Made by a program: the position numbers and the translations under genes. Positions 63,546-64,000 of a DNA stretch of 64,000 nt are shown piece by piece. Position 1 is the first letter of the stretch, and the number at the start of each line of letters is the position of its first letter. Source of the DNA: Pelomyxa schiedti (taxonomy: Eukaryota > Protista > Evosea); the NCBI GenBank assembly GCA_020536535.1, contig JAHLWZ010000034.1, positions 1 through 64,000 on the forward strand, read 5' to 3'. The notes under the pieces were generated by a model. The model was not told where the DNA came from, ran no database searches, and saw nothing but the letters and a program-made list of their open reading frames with translations.

Positions 63546-64000
63546 TTAGCCATTATCAGTAGAAACTGTTGATTTCCTGTGCCTGAGAATATTACGCACA
63601 TCCTTGATTTCAGGGAAGTGCAAGGCCTGCAAGATACTTAAACAAAAAGCAAACTCCTGTTACAAGGGGAATTACATAAAAGAACGGAATCAAGTCCAAA
63701 AGGAAGTCATCTTGAAGCTTGTCACCTTCCCAGTTGGGGAGAACCAATCCATTTGCTGTTGGCGTTGAATGAATACAGCAGCACGCACACATCAACCAAC
63801 CTGGTTGAGCAAACGCCCTTTCATCATCATCTACAAGTATAATTTGTTCCAAAGGTTTCCCCAAACGTTGCAGATCTTTAAGATACAAAACTCCGTTGGA
63901 TGTGCAGTCCTTTTTTGTAAGAAATTAGTGGGTTGATGGAAACACGCTTGTAGTTACTTGTCTAAACAGCCGCTGAGACACGACGTGATTTTTATCTATT
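63546..64000 (-). CDS. FCP1/SCP (NIF) family HAD phosphatase, 3' part
   Basis: RLFRQ|DCTSNGVLYLKDLQRLGKPLEQIILVDD...NGLVLPNWEGD...DDFLLDLIPF...DVRNIL. Confidence 0.88.

Overview
Gene-dense eukaryotic (protist) DNA, about 28 protein-coding loci. Introns are many, short (mostly ~40-70 nt) and GT-AG, and spacers between genes are often only 60-170 nt. Four 100-N gaps (966-1065, 17679-17778, 22432-22531, 27103-27202) split the window; the first three each cut a different gene on either side. Intron style, the 7TM-kinase, cathepsin Z and an 'HPRCGxxS' C-terminal motif suggest an amoebozoan, most plausibly Pelomyxa (Archamoebae); this is inference. Housekeeping genes: MOB1, a PHO84-type transporter, cathepsin Z, polyubiquitin, CCT5, a USP9/24/34-like deubiquitinase, an RNF8-like FHA-RING protein, IQUB and a CTD phosphatase. 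Bacterial-type genes: homoserine dehydrogenase (two near-identical copies), a GH42 glycosidase, a PQQ-like propeller and a minimal ATP-dependent DNA ligase. Strongest oddities: (1) a PBZ-BRCT-PBZ-SWIM-bacterial-type DNA ligase fusion; (2) a polyubiquitin whose last unit stops at Leu73 with no RGG; (3) a zinc-finger/ubiquitin-like protein whose Ubl also lacks the di-Gly and runs into an uncharacterised 'KPVI...VVEWG' domain; (4) a tight cluster of a coiled-coil/F-box gene and two RING-less TRIM-like genes with an unknown, patchily diverging C-terminal domain; (5) an intronless AIG1-like GTPase with an unknown C-terminal domain. Exon joins were worked out by hand and no database search was run.
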